A stretch of 64,000 bases of DNA, from the NCBI GenBank assembly GCA_038065555.1, contig JBBTQS010000001.1, positions 363,751 through 427,750 on the forward strand. Reading direction: 5' to 3'. Of the stretch, positions 1 through 10,210 are shown piece after piece. This DNA comes from Patescibacteria group bacterium (lineage in GTDB: Bacteria > Patescibacteriota > Patescibacteriia > Magasanikbacterales > JBBTQS01). The notes beneath the pieces were generated by a model, which did not search any database, was not told where the DNA came from, and saw nothing but the letters and a program-made list of their open reading frames with translations. The first letter of the stretch is position 1. Each line of letters starts with the position of its first letter. Both the position numbers and the translations under genes were made by a program.

Positions 1-533
1 TAGAGATCGTACAACAACTGGTAGTACTCACCCTTGCGACCAAATACAACGGGCGCAAAAACCAGCACAGGTTCGAACGTGTCAGCCGCTCCTTCGCCAT
101 GTGTTGTTGCGATGACGCGCGACACGATTTCTTCCGGAGCCATCTTCGCAATAGGTCGCTCACACAGCACACAATGCGGCCGACCAATGCGCGCGTAGAG
201 CACGCGCAAGTAGTCATAGATCTCCGTGATGGTTGCAACGGTCGAGCGCGGATTCGCAGAATGCGCCTTTTGATCAATGGCGATTGCTGGCGAGAGTCCT
301 TCGATCTCATCCACATCTGGCTTCTCCATCACGCCGAGGAATTGTCGAGCATATGCTGACAATGATTCCACATACCGACGCTGCCCTTCGGCAAAAATAG
401 TATCAAAAGCAAGTGAAGACTTGCCCGAACCAGAGAGTCCCGTGAACACAACCATTTTGTTGCGTGGGATCTCGAGCGAGATGTTCTTCAGGTTGTGCTC
501 GCGCGCACCCTTGATGGTGATGAGTTCTTTCAT
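1..533 (-). CDS. uvrA: Excinuclease ABC subunit A (5' part; runs off window)
   Basis: Manual translation [59 protein letters not shown]...; ATG overlaps the uvrB TGA (ATGA). Confidence 0.98.
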   Translation of the reverse strand, partial: MKELITIKGAREHNLKNISLEIPRNKMVVFTGLSGSGKSSLAFDTIFAEGQRRYVESLSAYARQFLGVMEKPDVDEIEGLSPAIAIDQKAHSANPRSTVATITEIYDYLRVLYARIGRPHCVLCERPIAKMAPEEIVSRVIATTHGEGAADTFEPVLVFAPVVFGRKGEYYQLLYDL

Positions 534-2635
534 ACGGTTGGTTCTACGATTGCTTCTTTTTGTTTTTTCTTCCTCGTGCGCTCATTCGCTGCTTGCAGCT
601 TCTCGAGTGACATGACTTCGTCACGCAATACTGCTGCGAGCTCGAACTGCAATTCCTTCGCCGCTTCCTTCATTTGCTTTTGCTTCTCGCGAATAATCGT
701 TGAGATCGGACGCGTATCACCGGAGAGCTCAATATCTAGCACGCGATTCCCTGTCTTACCCGACTTCAATGCACGCGCGCCTTCACGCTCACGCTTTTGT
801 GCATCTGGAACGATGCCGAACTCCTCGACGAGGTTACGGATCGACTTCTGAATTGTCTTCGGTGTAATGCCGTGCTCCTTGTTATACGCAAGTTGAATCT
901 CGCGACGACGATTGGTCTCGCGAATCGCACGATCAAGTGAACCTGTCATCTTGTCTGCATACAACACCACTTGGCCACCAACGTTACGTGCCGCACGACC
1001 AATCGTCTGGATGAGCGATGTCTCCGATCGCAAGAATCCTTCCTTGTCCGCGTCGAGAATCGCAACGAGCGATACTTCGGGCAAATCCAAACCTTCACGC
1101 AACAAGTTCACACCAACGAGCACCTCAAAAATTCCCTTGCGAAAATCCGAAAGAATCTCGATGCGCTCAATGGTCTTGATATCACTGTGCAGATAGCGCG
1201 CTGGCACCTTGCGATCCGCGAGATACTGCGCAAGATCCTCAGCCATCTTCTTGGTAAGTGTCGTTACAATCGTACGTTCGCCACGCGCACGTCGCTCGTC
1301 AATGCGCACAAGCACATCATCAACTTGTGATGGCTGTGTTGCAGAACCTGTCACTGGCGCAATGATGATTTCAGGATCTACAAGTCCTGTTGGACGGATG
1401 ATCTGTTGCACAACACGATCCGCATGCTCGATCTCATACTTGCCTGGTGTTGCGCTCACACAAATCGTCTGCGGCATCTTCGTCTCGAACTCATGGAACT
1501 GCATCGGACGATTATCGCGCGACGATGGCAAACGGAATCCATAATCAATGAGCGTGTCCTTACGTGCACGATCACCATTGAACATGCCACCAATCTGCGG
1601 AATCGTAACGTGCGATTCATCAATCACAAGCAACCAATCACGCTCTTTGTAGAAGAAGTAGTCGAGCAATGTATGCGGTGCAGAATCTGCTGGACGACCA
1701 TCGAAGTACCGTGAATAATTTTCGATCCCTTTGCAGTAACCGATTTGCTCTACCATTTCCATGTCGTAGTTGGTGCGACGCTTGAGACGCTCGGCTTCGA
1801 GCTCTTTGCCTTCCGCCCGCAACTGTTCGAGACGCACAGCGAGCTCTGCGCGAATCGACTCCACCGCGCCCTTACGCGAAGATTCTGCAACAACATAATG
1901 CTTCGCCGGGAAAATCCACAAATCCCCTGTCACCGCCTCACGTCGACGCTCAATAGGATCCATCCACTCGATTGCGATAACCGTGTTATCTGGGGAGAGT
2001 TCGAGAATGTACACTTTTTCCTCACTCGTCGACATGATCTCCAGTTGATTGCCGCGCAACTTGAACTGTCCGCGATCGAGCTCGCCACTCACCCGCTCGA
2101 AATGCATTCCAATAAGTCGCTCGAGCAATACTCCACGACCAAAATTGTCACCAACGCGCACGCGCAATCGCGTGTTCTCATATTGCATCGGCGAACCGAT
2201 GTTATAAATGCAAGAAACTGATGCAACAACAATGACATCTTCACGTGTGAGGATCGCCTGCGTCGCACTGTGGCGCAGACGGTCAATCTCCTCGTTGATC
2301 ATCGCTTCCTTCTCAATATAGGTATCTGTGTTAGGCAAATACGCCTCTGGTTGATAGTAGTCGTAGTACGATACGAAGTACTCCACCGCGTTATTCGGGA
2401 AAAACTCTCGAAACTCGCTACACAACTGCGCCGCAAGCGTCTTATTGTGCGCCAGAACCAATGTCGGACGCTGCACCTGCTGGATCACATTCGCCACGCT
2501 GAACGTCTTACCCGTAGCTGTTCCACCCAATAATGTCTGCAAATGCTCGCGTTTTTGTAGACCATCGACAAGACTGGCGATCGCTTTGGGCTGATCTCCT
2601 GCAGGCTGAAATGGTGAAGTAAGTTGAAATGCCAT
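530..2635 (-). CDS. uvrB: Excinuclease ABC subunit B
   Basis: GTGKT-like Walker A (TATGKT), [10 protein letters not shown] beta-hairpin, DESH, GRAAR, C-terminal UVR domain; start placed at MAFQL. Confidence 0.98.
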   Translation of the reverse strand: MAFQLTSPFQPAGDQPKAIASLVDGLQKREHLQTLLGGTATGKTFSVANVIQQVQRPTLVLAHNKTLAAQLCSEFREFFPNNAVEYFVSYYDYYQPEAYLPNTDTYIEKEAMINEEIDRLRHSATQAILTREDVIVVASVSCIYNIGSPMQYENTRLRVRVGDNFGRGVLLERLIGMHFERVSGELDRGQFKLRGNQLEIMSTSEEKVYILELSPDNTVIAIEWMDPIERRREAVTGDLWIFPAKHYVVAESSRKGAVESIRAELAVRLEQLRAEGKELEAERLKRRTNYDMEMVEQIGYCKGIENYSRYFDGRPADSAPHTLLDYFFYKERDWLLVIDESHVTIPQIGGMFNGDRARKDTLIDYGFRLPSSRDNRPMQFHEFETKMPQTICVSATPGKYEIEHADRVVQQIIRPTGLVDPEIIIAPVTGSATQPSQVDDVLVRIDERRARGERTIVTTLTKKMAEDLAQYLADRKVPARYLHSDIKTIERIEILSDFRKGIFEVLVGVNLLREGLDLPEVSLVAILDADKEGFLRSETSLIQTIGRAARNVGGQVVLYADKMTGSLDRAIRETNRRREIQLAYNKEHGITPKTIQKSIRNLVEEFGIVPDAQKREREGARALKSGKTGNRVLDIELSGDTRPISTIIREKQKQMKEAAKELQFELAAVLRDEVMSLEKLQAANERTRKKKQKEAIVEPTV

Positions 2636-2735
2636 AGATATTGCAAATATGTTCCAAAAACGCACAAAACGGCCACTTTCGGGCCTTCTATAGCGACTTC
2701 TGTCTCAGATTCCATCCTAGCATGACCCACAAACC

Positions 2736-2764
2736 TTGACAATTTGCCCAAAAACTGCTAGTAT
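2736..2764 (+). promoter_or_regulatory. Putative sigma70 promoter
   Basis: TTGACA-17 nt-TAGTAT with upstream TG; followed by AGGAGGT and ATG at 2788. Confidence 0.55.
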
Positions 2765-3108
2765 TGGGCGCAACAGGAGGTAGTCCTATGGACATTCGAC
2801 AAAATAGGTGAGGTAGAGATCCCGGAAGATCTCCTCCGCCGCCCACTCTGTAGTACCACTCTCCGCACCTCGGTGCGGCGGCCACCAGGAGCTGGTTTCC
2901 TGAGATCTTGACCAAGGAGAAGGTGAATCCATGATCCCCGACGTGCACAAAGCACACGGCCTGACATACTGAAAAGTACGAAGGTTGGGGTAAAAAAACA
3001 ACAAAGCCGAGGCGACGAGCGAGTGCCAGGCGTCCACATAGGGCAAAATCTCGCACGGTGGCAATTCCGACCATCGGTGGCGCTAACGGCTAGCGCAACT
3101 CGGAAAAT

Positions 3109-3152
3109 AGGCTCGACGCAAATCCAACTGCGGCGGGCCTTTTACTTTTTTT
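3109..3152 (+). terminator. Putative intrinsic terminator
   Basis: AGGCTCG/CGGGCCT stem with inner CGCA/TGCG, then T-tract. Confidence 0.5.
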
Positions 3153-4146
3153 CACCCTCTTCTTCGATAGCATCTCCTAGTGTATCGGAGACTAGAGCGT
3201 ATGCCGCATCACGCATACTTGGGTATGAGGTCCCCATTTGCACCAAGGGCTGAATACTTGCCGGGGACCACGCATGCAACCGTTTGATAAATAGGTAGGT
3301 ACCATTACGTGCGTCCAAGTAGACTTGATTTTTTAATTCATGGAGCTGCACCCCTGGGTGGTGAGTAATATACTCCTCCATAACTGCCTCAAGAATACGG
3401 GTTGCTGGCCCAAGAGAGGTAATAGAAGTTATTGACTCACGAATAGGCGAATTCTCTGGTATTCCTTTTGCGTCACACCATTCATGACGAACCTGGCAAG
3501 CGATCAATTCCATCACCGCTTCGTGATATCCTTCAAGCCCCCGATCACGAAGCTTCCAGAAATCACCAAGCGCTTTCGCAGCAAATCGATTACCCTCGCG
3601 ACGTTGACGGAACTTCGCTTGCGAATTAAGGACCACACCCTCATGTTTCCCCTCAAGTGATTCAATCTGAAGCACTTGCTTTGCGGCAAGGTGACTGAGT
3701 TCATGCGATAACACCTGTAGTCGTTTCTCCTCATCCGCATACGGAGGGAAATACACATGACTATTCTGCACAAAAGCTTGATACGCATCATGCAACTCAG
3801 GAGTAGTCGCTACTCTTGCTTGGATGGTTGAAGGTTGCACTGGTACGAATTGATCCGCACGCGCAACAGGCTCATGCACCCCCAACTTAGACCAAAATGC
3901 TTGTGCAGCGATAAGCAGTTCTTGAATGGTTTGCAATTCTTCGCGGCTTGGCTCTCGATCAGCGTCTAGTACCGCTCTTTCGTTTGATGCAATTGCCTCT
4001 TGCGCAAATTGTGCTCGCTGTTCTGGAGTCCAAATCTGCTTCTTGTATGCAAGGTGCATTTCCTCAGGATCGCTCTCCTTCGGGAGAGGAGGGTGGGTCT
4101 GCGCAAATCGCACCTCTACATTGCGTCGTGATTCGTAGGAAGCCAT
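3142..4146 (-). CDS. Hypothetical protein with HExxH zincin-like motif
   Basis: 334-aa ORF; LSHELSH followed later by EGYHEAVMELIA. Confidence 0.7.
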   Translation of the reverse strand: MASYESRRNVEVRFAQTHPPLPKESDPEEMHLAYKKQIWTPEQRAQFAQEAIASNERAVLDADREPSREELQTIQELLIAAQAFWSKLGVHEPVARADQFVPVQPSTIQARVATTPELHDAYQAFVQNSHVYFPPYADEEKRLQVLSHELSHLAAKQVLQIESLEGKHEGVVLNSQAKFRQRREGNRFAAKALGDFWKLRDRGLEGYHEAVMELIACQVRHEWCDAKGIPENSPIRESITSITSLGPATRILEAVMEEYITHHPGVQLHELKNQVYLDARNGTYLFIKRLHAWSPASIQPLVQMGTSYPSMRDAAYALVSDTLGDAIEEEGEKK

Positions 4147-4191
4147 AGTGGCTTCATTCTACCACACCTTTCTGGTACACTGGACACGACT

Positions 4192-4833
4192 ATGCGACAA
4201 GACACTGGCACCAAAACAGGTTCATCTATTGAGTTCGCAACAGACGAACCAAAGGAGAAATCCAAACAAGCACTACGCAGTTGCGCCGAGCGATCCTGCG
4301 CAACAGGTGCGGGGTGCATTACGATTGTACTTATTGCCATCGCACTCCTCTTGCGGTTGTTCCTTGGTGGCGGAACCGAAGAAATCGTGGGCGTACCATC
4401 ACAGGTACCGCAGAACTTCCCTATCTTGGAGCGCGACAGCATGCACGGCTCAGAGCTCACAACCACACAACACAAATCCCGGCTCGTCCAAGCATCGCTC
4501 TGGTGGCCACGAATGCTCATGGCACTCAACGCAAATGGGTTTAGTGATGCAACACTGCGCACACAAGCAATTGAGAACACCATGCGGGATACCTTGCACG
4601 CATCACGTGATACCGTAACACTCACCTGGAAGAAGATCCCCCGAGATCGCACAGTGTGGTTGCAATCCTACCGCGATGCGCTGACCACTGCTGGGTACAC
4701 GATTCTCGCAACCACAGACACGACGATTGCCTTCTCTGCTGATCGTGTTACAGGCCTCCTCACCATTGTCGATTCAGAGTACACTGAGCATATTGATGAC
4801 GCCTCGCTCGTACTGCATATTTCACAGCCGTGA
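4192..4833 (+). CDS. Hypothetical membrane-anchored protein
   Basis: 213-aa ORF, single hydrophobic helix after GCITI; abuts murJ. Confidence 0.75.
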   Translation: MRQDTGTKTGSSIEFATDEPKEKSKQALRSCAERSCATGAGCITIVLIAIALLLRLFLGGGTEEIVGVPSQVPQNFPILERDSMHGSELTTTQHKSRLVQASLWWPRMLMALNANGFSDATLRTQAIENTMRDTLHASRDTVTLTWKKIPRDRTVWLQSYRDALTTAGYTILATTDTTIAFSADRVTGLLTIVDSEYTEHIDDASLVLHISQP

Positions 4834-4834
4834 C

Positions 4835-6457
4835 ATGCTCTCCTTCTTGAATGGCAAATCCAAATCCATCACTGGCGCAGCAATGGTACTTGCCGCTGCG
4901 TCATTTCTGAGCCGCTTCATCGGAATTTTTCGTGAGCGCATCTTTGCATCACAGTTTGGCACTGGCGACTTGGTAGATGCGTATGTCGCTGCATTTCGAA
5001 TCCCAGACCTCCTCTATATGTTGCTGGTGATGGGAGCACTCTCTGCTGGATTCATCCCCGTCTTCACGAGTTTGTGGCAGAAGGACACAGAACGCGCATG
5101 GCGACTCGTCTCCACCGCACTCAATATTCTCGGAATAGTACTCATTATTGTGAGCGGCGTACTTATTGTCTTTGCGCCAGCAGTCACCGCAGTCATCGTT
5201 CCAGGATTCTCGCCAGAAAAGATGGAACTCACGACGCGACTCATGCGCGTTATTTTCATCAGCCCGATCATCCTGGGGCTGAGCGCCATTGTGAGCGGTG
5301 TGTTGCAGTCACTGCATTATTTTGTAATCTACGCACTCACGCCGATTCTCTACAACCTTGGTATTATTGCTGGTGCGGTATTTCTGGTGCCGTACTTCGG
5401 ACCAATGGGACTTGCGTACGGTGTACTCATCGGCGCACTCCTCCACTTGTGCATTCAGTTGCCGGCACTGTGGCGCGCAGGATTCCGCTGGCGCCACCAC
5501 ATTGATTGGCGCATGAAGGAGTTGCACCAAATCATCCGCATCATGGTCCCCCGCGCTATTGGACTTGGCGCAACACAATTCACAATCATCGCACTCACAT
5601 CATTTGCTTCCACCTTCTCTGTAGGCGCACTTGCGATCTTCCACTACGCGAACAATTTGCAGTCATTTCCTGTCGGGATCATTGGTATTTCGTTTGCCAT
5701 TGCGGCGTTCCCCACACTCTCAGCATTAGCTGCGAAGGGAGATATTGAATCGTTTGTGTCGCACGTGAGCGCGACGCTGCGTCAGGTTATTTTCTTCATG
5801 GTGTTGCTCACGGTGTACTTCCTGTTGTTGCGCGCACAGATCACTCGCGTAGTTCTGGGCACAGGCGCATTCGATTGGAACGCAACCATCGCGACTGGGG
5901 ACGCACTTGCTCTCTTCTCGCTCTCTCTGATTCCCCAAGCAATTCTGCCGCTGCTCCAACGCGCGTTCTACGCACTGCATGATGCACGCACACCACTCAC
6001 TGCTGCGATCACTGGGCTCATTGCGACCATCGGACTTGCATATGGACTGGCCAACCACACTACTCTCGGAATCGCTGGCATCGCCCTTGCATTCTCTCTT
6101 GGTGTCACTGTCCAAGTAATTGTGCTGTGGTGGTTATTGCGCCGCCAAGTGGGGTCATTGGGAGAGGCTGGGAGTCTGCGCGCAATCTATACTATGGTCG
6201 GCGCCGGCCTTGTTGCAGGTATTGCTGTCCAGGTGAGCAAGACGCTCGTGGGAATGGCCATCGGTACTGAGACGTTCTGGGCGGTGTTTACGCAACTCGT
6301 GGTACCTGCTACGATCGGGGCACTGGTGTACGGTGGAATCCTCTACGCATTCAAATCTCCTGAAATGGTGAGCTTCGTCGCTGCAATCCGCTCCCGACTG
6401 TTCAAGAACCCAGGACCGACCGAAGAGCTCACCAACACCACTAGCGCCAACGAATAA
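4835..6457 (+). CDS. murJ: Lipid II flippase MurJ (MviN)
   Basis: SRFIGIFRE, AFRIPD, GALSAGFIPVF, many TM helices; start placed at MLSFL. Confidence 0.95.
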   Translation: MLSFLNGKSKSITGAAMVLAAASFLSRFIGIFRERIFASQFGTGDLVDAYVAAFRIPDLLYMLLVMGALSAGFIPVFTSLWQKDTERAWRLVSTALNILGIVLIIVSGVLIVFAPAVTAVIVPGFSPEKMELTTRLMRVIFISPIILGLSAIVSGVLQSLHYFVIYALTPILYNLGIIAGAVFLVPYFGPMGLAYGVLIGALLHLCIQLPALWRAGFRWRHHIDWRMKELHQIIRIMVPRAIGLGATQFTIIALTSFASTFSVGALAIFHYANNLQSFPVGIIGISFAIAAFPTLSALAAKGDIESFVSHVSATLRQVIFFMVLLTVYFLLLRAQITRVVLGTGAFDWNATIATGDALALFSLSLIPQAILPLLQRAFYALHDARTPLTAAITGLIATIGLAYGLANHTTLGIAGIALAFSLGVTVQVIVLWWLLRRQVGSLGEAGSLRAIYTMVGAGLVAGIAVQVSKTLVGMAIGTETFWAVFTQLVVPATIGALVYGGILYAFKSPEMVSFVAAIRSRLFKNPGPTEELTNTTSANE

Positions 6458-6469
6458 TTGCCGTTCCAC

Positions 6470-8287
6470 ATGCTCGACCGCATTCGCAATTTTTGCATCA
6501 TTGCACATATTGATCATGGCAAGTCCACACTCGCGGACCGTCTTCTCGAATTGACGCACACGGTGTCTGCGCGCGAAATGAAATCACAGTTGCTCGACCA
6601 GATGGATATCGAGCGCGAGCGCGGCATCACCATCAAATTGCAGCCAGTGCGCATGAAGTACACGCATCCGACGCGCAAGGAAGAGTACACACTCAACCTC
6701 ATTGATACGCCAGGACATGTGGACTTCACGTACGAAGTGTCACGATCACTCGCTGCTGTAGAAGGCGCGCTCTTGCTCGTAGACTGCACCCAAGGAGTGC
6801 AGGCACAGACACTTGCCAACCTCTATCTCGCACTCGAGCAGAACCTCGAGATTATTCCTGTCCTCAACAAGATCGATCTTCCTGCTGCTGAAGTAGAAAA
6901 AACCCGCGAGGAAATCAAAGGACTCATTGGCTGCCGCGACGAAGACATTATTCTCGCAAGCGGCAAGACTGGTGCTGGTGTGGAAGAAATTCTCCAAGCA
7001 ATTGTCGAACGTGTCCCTCCACCAAAGGGAGCAGAGTCTTCCCCACTTCGCGCATTGATTTTTGACTCCTACTACGATGAATTCCGCGGTGTAGTCGCGT
7101 CTGTGCGTGTTATTGATGGTGCGATGGATTCGCGTGCGCCATTGCGATTCATTGGAACTGGCCGCGACACCCAGCCGCTCGATGTTGGCTATTTCACTCC
7201 CAAGTTCAAGGTGACAGACCGTATTGCCACAGGCGAGATCGGCATGCTCGTCACAGGACTCAAAGACCTCAAGACCTGTCGCGTCGGTGACACCATCACT
7301 CTCACGTCCACTCGTGACGGCGTATTGCAACTCGAAGGATACAAAGAAATCAAGCCGATGGTTTTTGCCGGCATCTTCCCGAAGGAAGGCGACGGCTATT
7401 CTGCGCTGCGTGATGCGATGGAGCGACTCGTGCTGTCTGATTCGTCGTTGCAATTCGAACCTGAGCATTCACGTGCCCTTGGCTATGGATTCCGCTGCGG
7501 ATTCTTGGGTCTGTTGCACCTAGAAATTGTGCAGGAGCGATTGCGCCGCGAGCACCATCTTGAAATCACTGCGACGATTCCTTCGGTTGCGTACCGCGTG
7601 TCCAAGAATGACGGCGAAATTATCACCATCAAGAGTCCGCAGGATTTGCCGGAGCAGAATCACATTCGCAGTATCGAAGAGCCTTGGATGAATGTAGATA
7701 TTGTCACCACGCATGACACGATCGGCAATGTCATGACACTCGTGCAGGAGAAGCACGGTGAATACATCACCACAGAATTCCTCGCCTCAGTCACTGGCCA
7801 ACGCCGCGTGATTCTTCACTATCGCATGCCGCTTGCTGCGATCCTTGTAGACTTCTACGACAAGCTCAAGTCTGTGAGCTCTGGATACGCATCGCTCAAC
7901 TACGAGTTCTTCGAAATGCGTCCGGCTGATATTATCCGCCTCGACATCATGATCGCAGATGAGCCTGTTGAAGCACTCGCAACACTTGTCTGGCGCGAAG
8001 AAGCGTTCCACCATGGTAAGATCATCGTAGAGAAGTTGAAGGGCACGCTGCCGCAGCAAATGTTCGTGATCAAGATTCAAGCAACGATTGGTGGCAAAGT
8101 CATTGCGAGCGAACGCATCTCAGCACTTCGCAAAGACGTAACTGCCAAGCTGTACGGCGGTGACGTAACTCGCAAGCGCAAGCTGCTCGAAAAGCAGAAA
8201 AAAGGTAAGAAAAAAATGATGGAAATGGGTGCGGGCAAAGTCGATATCCCTCCTGAGGCGTATCTGGCAGTGCTGCGTCGCTCTTAA
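6470..8287 (+). CDS. lepA: Elongation factor 4 (LepA)
   Basis: IAHIDHGKSTLADRL, ERGITIK, DTPGH, NKID, GFRCGFLGLLH, KDVTAKLYGGD. Confidence 0.99.
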   Translation: MLDRIRNFCIIAHIDHGKSTLADRLLELTHTVSAREMKSQLLDQMDIERERGITIKLQPVRMKYTHPTRKEEYTLNLIDTPGHVDFTYEVSRSLAAVEGALLLVDCTQGVQAQTLANLYLALEQNLEIIPVLNKIDLPAAEVEKTREEIKGLIGCRDEDIILASGKTGAGVEEILQAIVERVPPPKGAESSPLRALIFDSYYDEFRGVVASVRVIDGAMDSRAPLRFIGTGRDTQPLDVGYFTPKFKVTDRIATGEIGMLVTGLKDLKTCRVGDTITLTSTRDGVLQLEGYKEIKPMVFAGIFPKEGDGYSALRDAMERLVLSDSSLQFEPEHSRALGYGFRCGFLGLLHLEIVQERLRREHHLEITATIPSVAYRVSKNDGEIITIKSPQDLPEQNHIRSIEEPWMNVDIVTTHDTIGNVMTLVQEKHGEYITTEFLASVTGQRRVILHYRMPLAAILVDFYDKLKSVSSGYASLNYEFFEMRPADIIRLDIMIADEPVEALATLVWREEAFHHGKIIVEKLKGTLPQQMFVIKIQATIGGKVIASERISALRKDVTAKLYGGDVTRKRKLLEKQKKGKKKMMEMGAGKVDIPPEAYLAVLRRS

Positions 8288-8298
8288 TACACTATTGT

Positions 8299-10086
8299 AT
8301 GCGCGTTCTTTCGTTGACACTCCCTGTGGCTCTGGCCGCATTTGCACTCACCACCGCAACAGCCTCTGCTGCACCGTCTGGAATCGAGCAGCGCATGGGC
8401 AACTACGATCACTCCTGCTCCAAGGCTTCAGCACTCGCAAAGCGTGTCGCAGGACATGTTGTCGTTGAGCCCGAAGCACAAGGTGCACTCTGGTATATTG
8501 ATCCAGTTCGCTGTGATCGATATCGTATCTACCGCCCAGAAGATGTAGCGAATCTCACTGCAGCAACAGGCGTCGGCGTGAGCAACGCGAATCTTGCGAG
8601 ACTCGCGCTCGGATTCGACACCAAGTCTGACGATCCGCTTCCTTTTGCCCATTTGCGCGCGGGGGACCCTGATGAAGACGGTGATGGCGTTCCTGACATG
8701 TTGGAGCAGGCACTGGGAACCAATCCCAAGAATACAGACACTGATGCAGACTCATACAACGACATGGTGGAGTTGCGTAATGCCTACGATCCACTACGGG
8801 CCAACGCGCTGCGACTCCCCGTCGACCTCGCATTCACGAAAAAACTCGCAGGCAGATTCATTCTCCAGACAGAAACTCGCGGCCACGTCTGGTACGTAAG
8901 TCCCCGTGACAACCGACGCTACTTCCTCGGCGGCAATGCAACGTCTATGCGTGTGCTCGCTGCGATTGCGCTGGGAGTGAAATCCAAAGATCTCGCAACC
9001 ATTCCAGAGAGCCGATCTGTCTACGGATTGCCGACCAAGTCCAATGGCAAAATCCCGTTTGTACTCACCACACCTCCTGGATTCAAAACAAGTTTGTTTG
9101 CGAGTGGTTTGCTTGCGCCGCGTGTCATGGTTTTTGCACCTGATGGCACCATGCTCGTGACTGATCTTGTGGACCGCACCGTTGTTGCACTGCCCGACGA
9201 CAACCGCGATGGTATCGCTGATCGTCGCGTGCTCGTGTTGAGCAACCTCCTCTTCCCTAATGGATTAGCGTTCCTCGATGGACGACTCTTTGTTGCACAA
9301 GAAGATGGGATTTATAGCTACGCATACGACAGCAAATCCTACCGCGCAAGTGGTGCCACAAAAATCATGGAGTTGCCAACAGGTGGTGAGCATCGCACTC
9401 GAAGTATATTTGTTGGTCCAGACAAGATGCTCTACGTCAGCATTGGATCTAGTTGCAATGTGTGTCGTGAGACTGATGGTAGATTTGCCACAATCTGGCG
9501 TATCTCCCCTGACGGGACGACCAAAACTCTCTTTGCCAAGGGTGTGCGCAATACAGTCTTCGGCGCATTTGATCCCGAAGGACGACTCTGGGGTAATGAT
9601 ATGGGGCGCGATGAAATGGGACACGATCTACCACCTGATGAAGTCAACATTATCCGAGAAGGCGGAACATTTGGCTGGCCCAACTGCTATGGCGACAATG
9701 TCCCTGATCCATCAATGGCAACTGCCACTGACTGTGCAGGACTTGATGCGCCTGCGCACATGTACGCGGCGCACGTAGCACCACTTGGCATGGTATTCGT
9801 AGATTCGAAGAAGTTCCCACCAGAATGGCAGGGCGATATTCTCAGCGCGCTGCATGGTTCGTGGGATCAAGAAAATCCTACGGGATATACCGTCGTTCGA
9901 CTGCATCGCCAAGGCACAACCATCATTGAGGAGGAAGTGGTGATCTCAGGATGGAAACGCCTCATCGAAGGCCAGAATCCTGCTCGCACCGCTCATGGTC
10001 GTCCAACAGGACTCGCATTTGGCCCTGACGGATCGCTCTTCATCAGCGACGACAAGTCAGGTATGATATATCGCGTAACCCGTTAG
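8299..10086 (+). CDS. Secreted protein: CPR-type N-terminal surface domain plus glucose/sorbosone (PQQ-type) dehydrogenase-like beta-propeller
   Basis: Signal peptide; DEDGDGVPD and DTDADSYND motifs; GSSCNVC, GVRN, FGWPNCYG, AHVAPLG, HGSW, GRPTG motifs. Confidence 0.85.
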   Translation: MRVLSLTLPVALAAFALTTATASAAPSGIEQRMGNYDHSCSKASALAKRVAGHVVVEPEAQGALWYIDPVRCDRYRIYRPEDVANLTAATGVGVSNANLARLALGFDTKSDDPLPFAHLRAGDPDEDGDGVPDMLEQALGTNPKNTDTDADSYNDMVELRNAYDPLRANALRLPVDLAFTKKLAGRFILQTETRGHVWYVSPRDNRRYFLGGNATSMRVLAAIALGVKSKDLATIPESRSVYGLPTKSNGKIPFVLTTPPGFKTSLFASGLLAPRVMVFAPDGTMLVTDLVDRTVVALPDDNRDGIADRRVLVLSNLLFPNGLAFLDGRLFVAQEDGIYSYAYDSKSYRASGATKIMELPTGGEHRTRSIFVGPDKMLYVSIGSSCNVCRETDGRFATIWRISPDGTTKTLFAKGVRNTVFGAFDPEGRLWGNDMGRDEMGHDLPPDEVNIIREGGTFGWPNCYGDNVPDPSMATATDCAGLDAPAHMYAAHVAPLGMVFVDSKKFPPEWQGDILSALHGSWDQENPTGYTVVRLHRQGTTIIEEEVVISGWKRLIEGQNPARTAHGRPTGLAFGPDGSLFISDDKSGMIYRVTR

Positions 10087-10089
10087 TCT

Positions 10090-10191
10090 ATGCAAAAGAA
10101 AAAAGTGCTCAAAATTACCTGGGCCGTTGTGTGCGGTATCATGATCCTCTCTCTCCTTTTCCTTGAACTTGCGCCGATTTTCAGTTACTAA
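10090..10191 (+). CDS. Small single-TM protein (33 aa)
   Basis: MQKKKVLKITWAVVCGIMILSLLFLELAPIFSY fills the gap before recJ; below the ORF-track cutoff. Confidence 0.6.
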   Translation: MQKKKVLKITWAVVCGIMILSLLFLELAPIFSY

Positions 10192-10210
10192 CGCGCTGTA
10201 ATTCAGGAGC

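Noticed and set aside
2788-2933. Stop-codon reassignment (code 25 or 4) to rescue the short ORF
   Set aside because: A TAG follows soon after the TGA, and TGA ends conserved genes such as uvrB.
2766-3140. tmRNA, SAM-I or c-di-GMP riboswitch (ATTCGAC, GGTGGCAATTCC, GGCAAA fragments)
   Set aside because: No tRNA-like T-arm/CCA end or tag peptide, and the other riboswitch core elements are missing.
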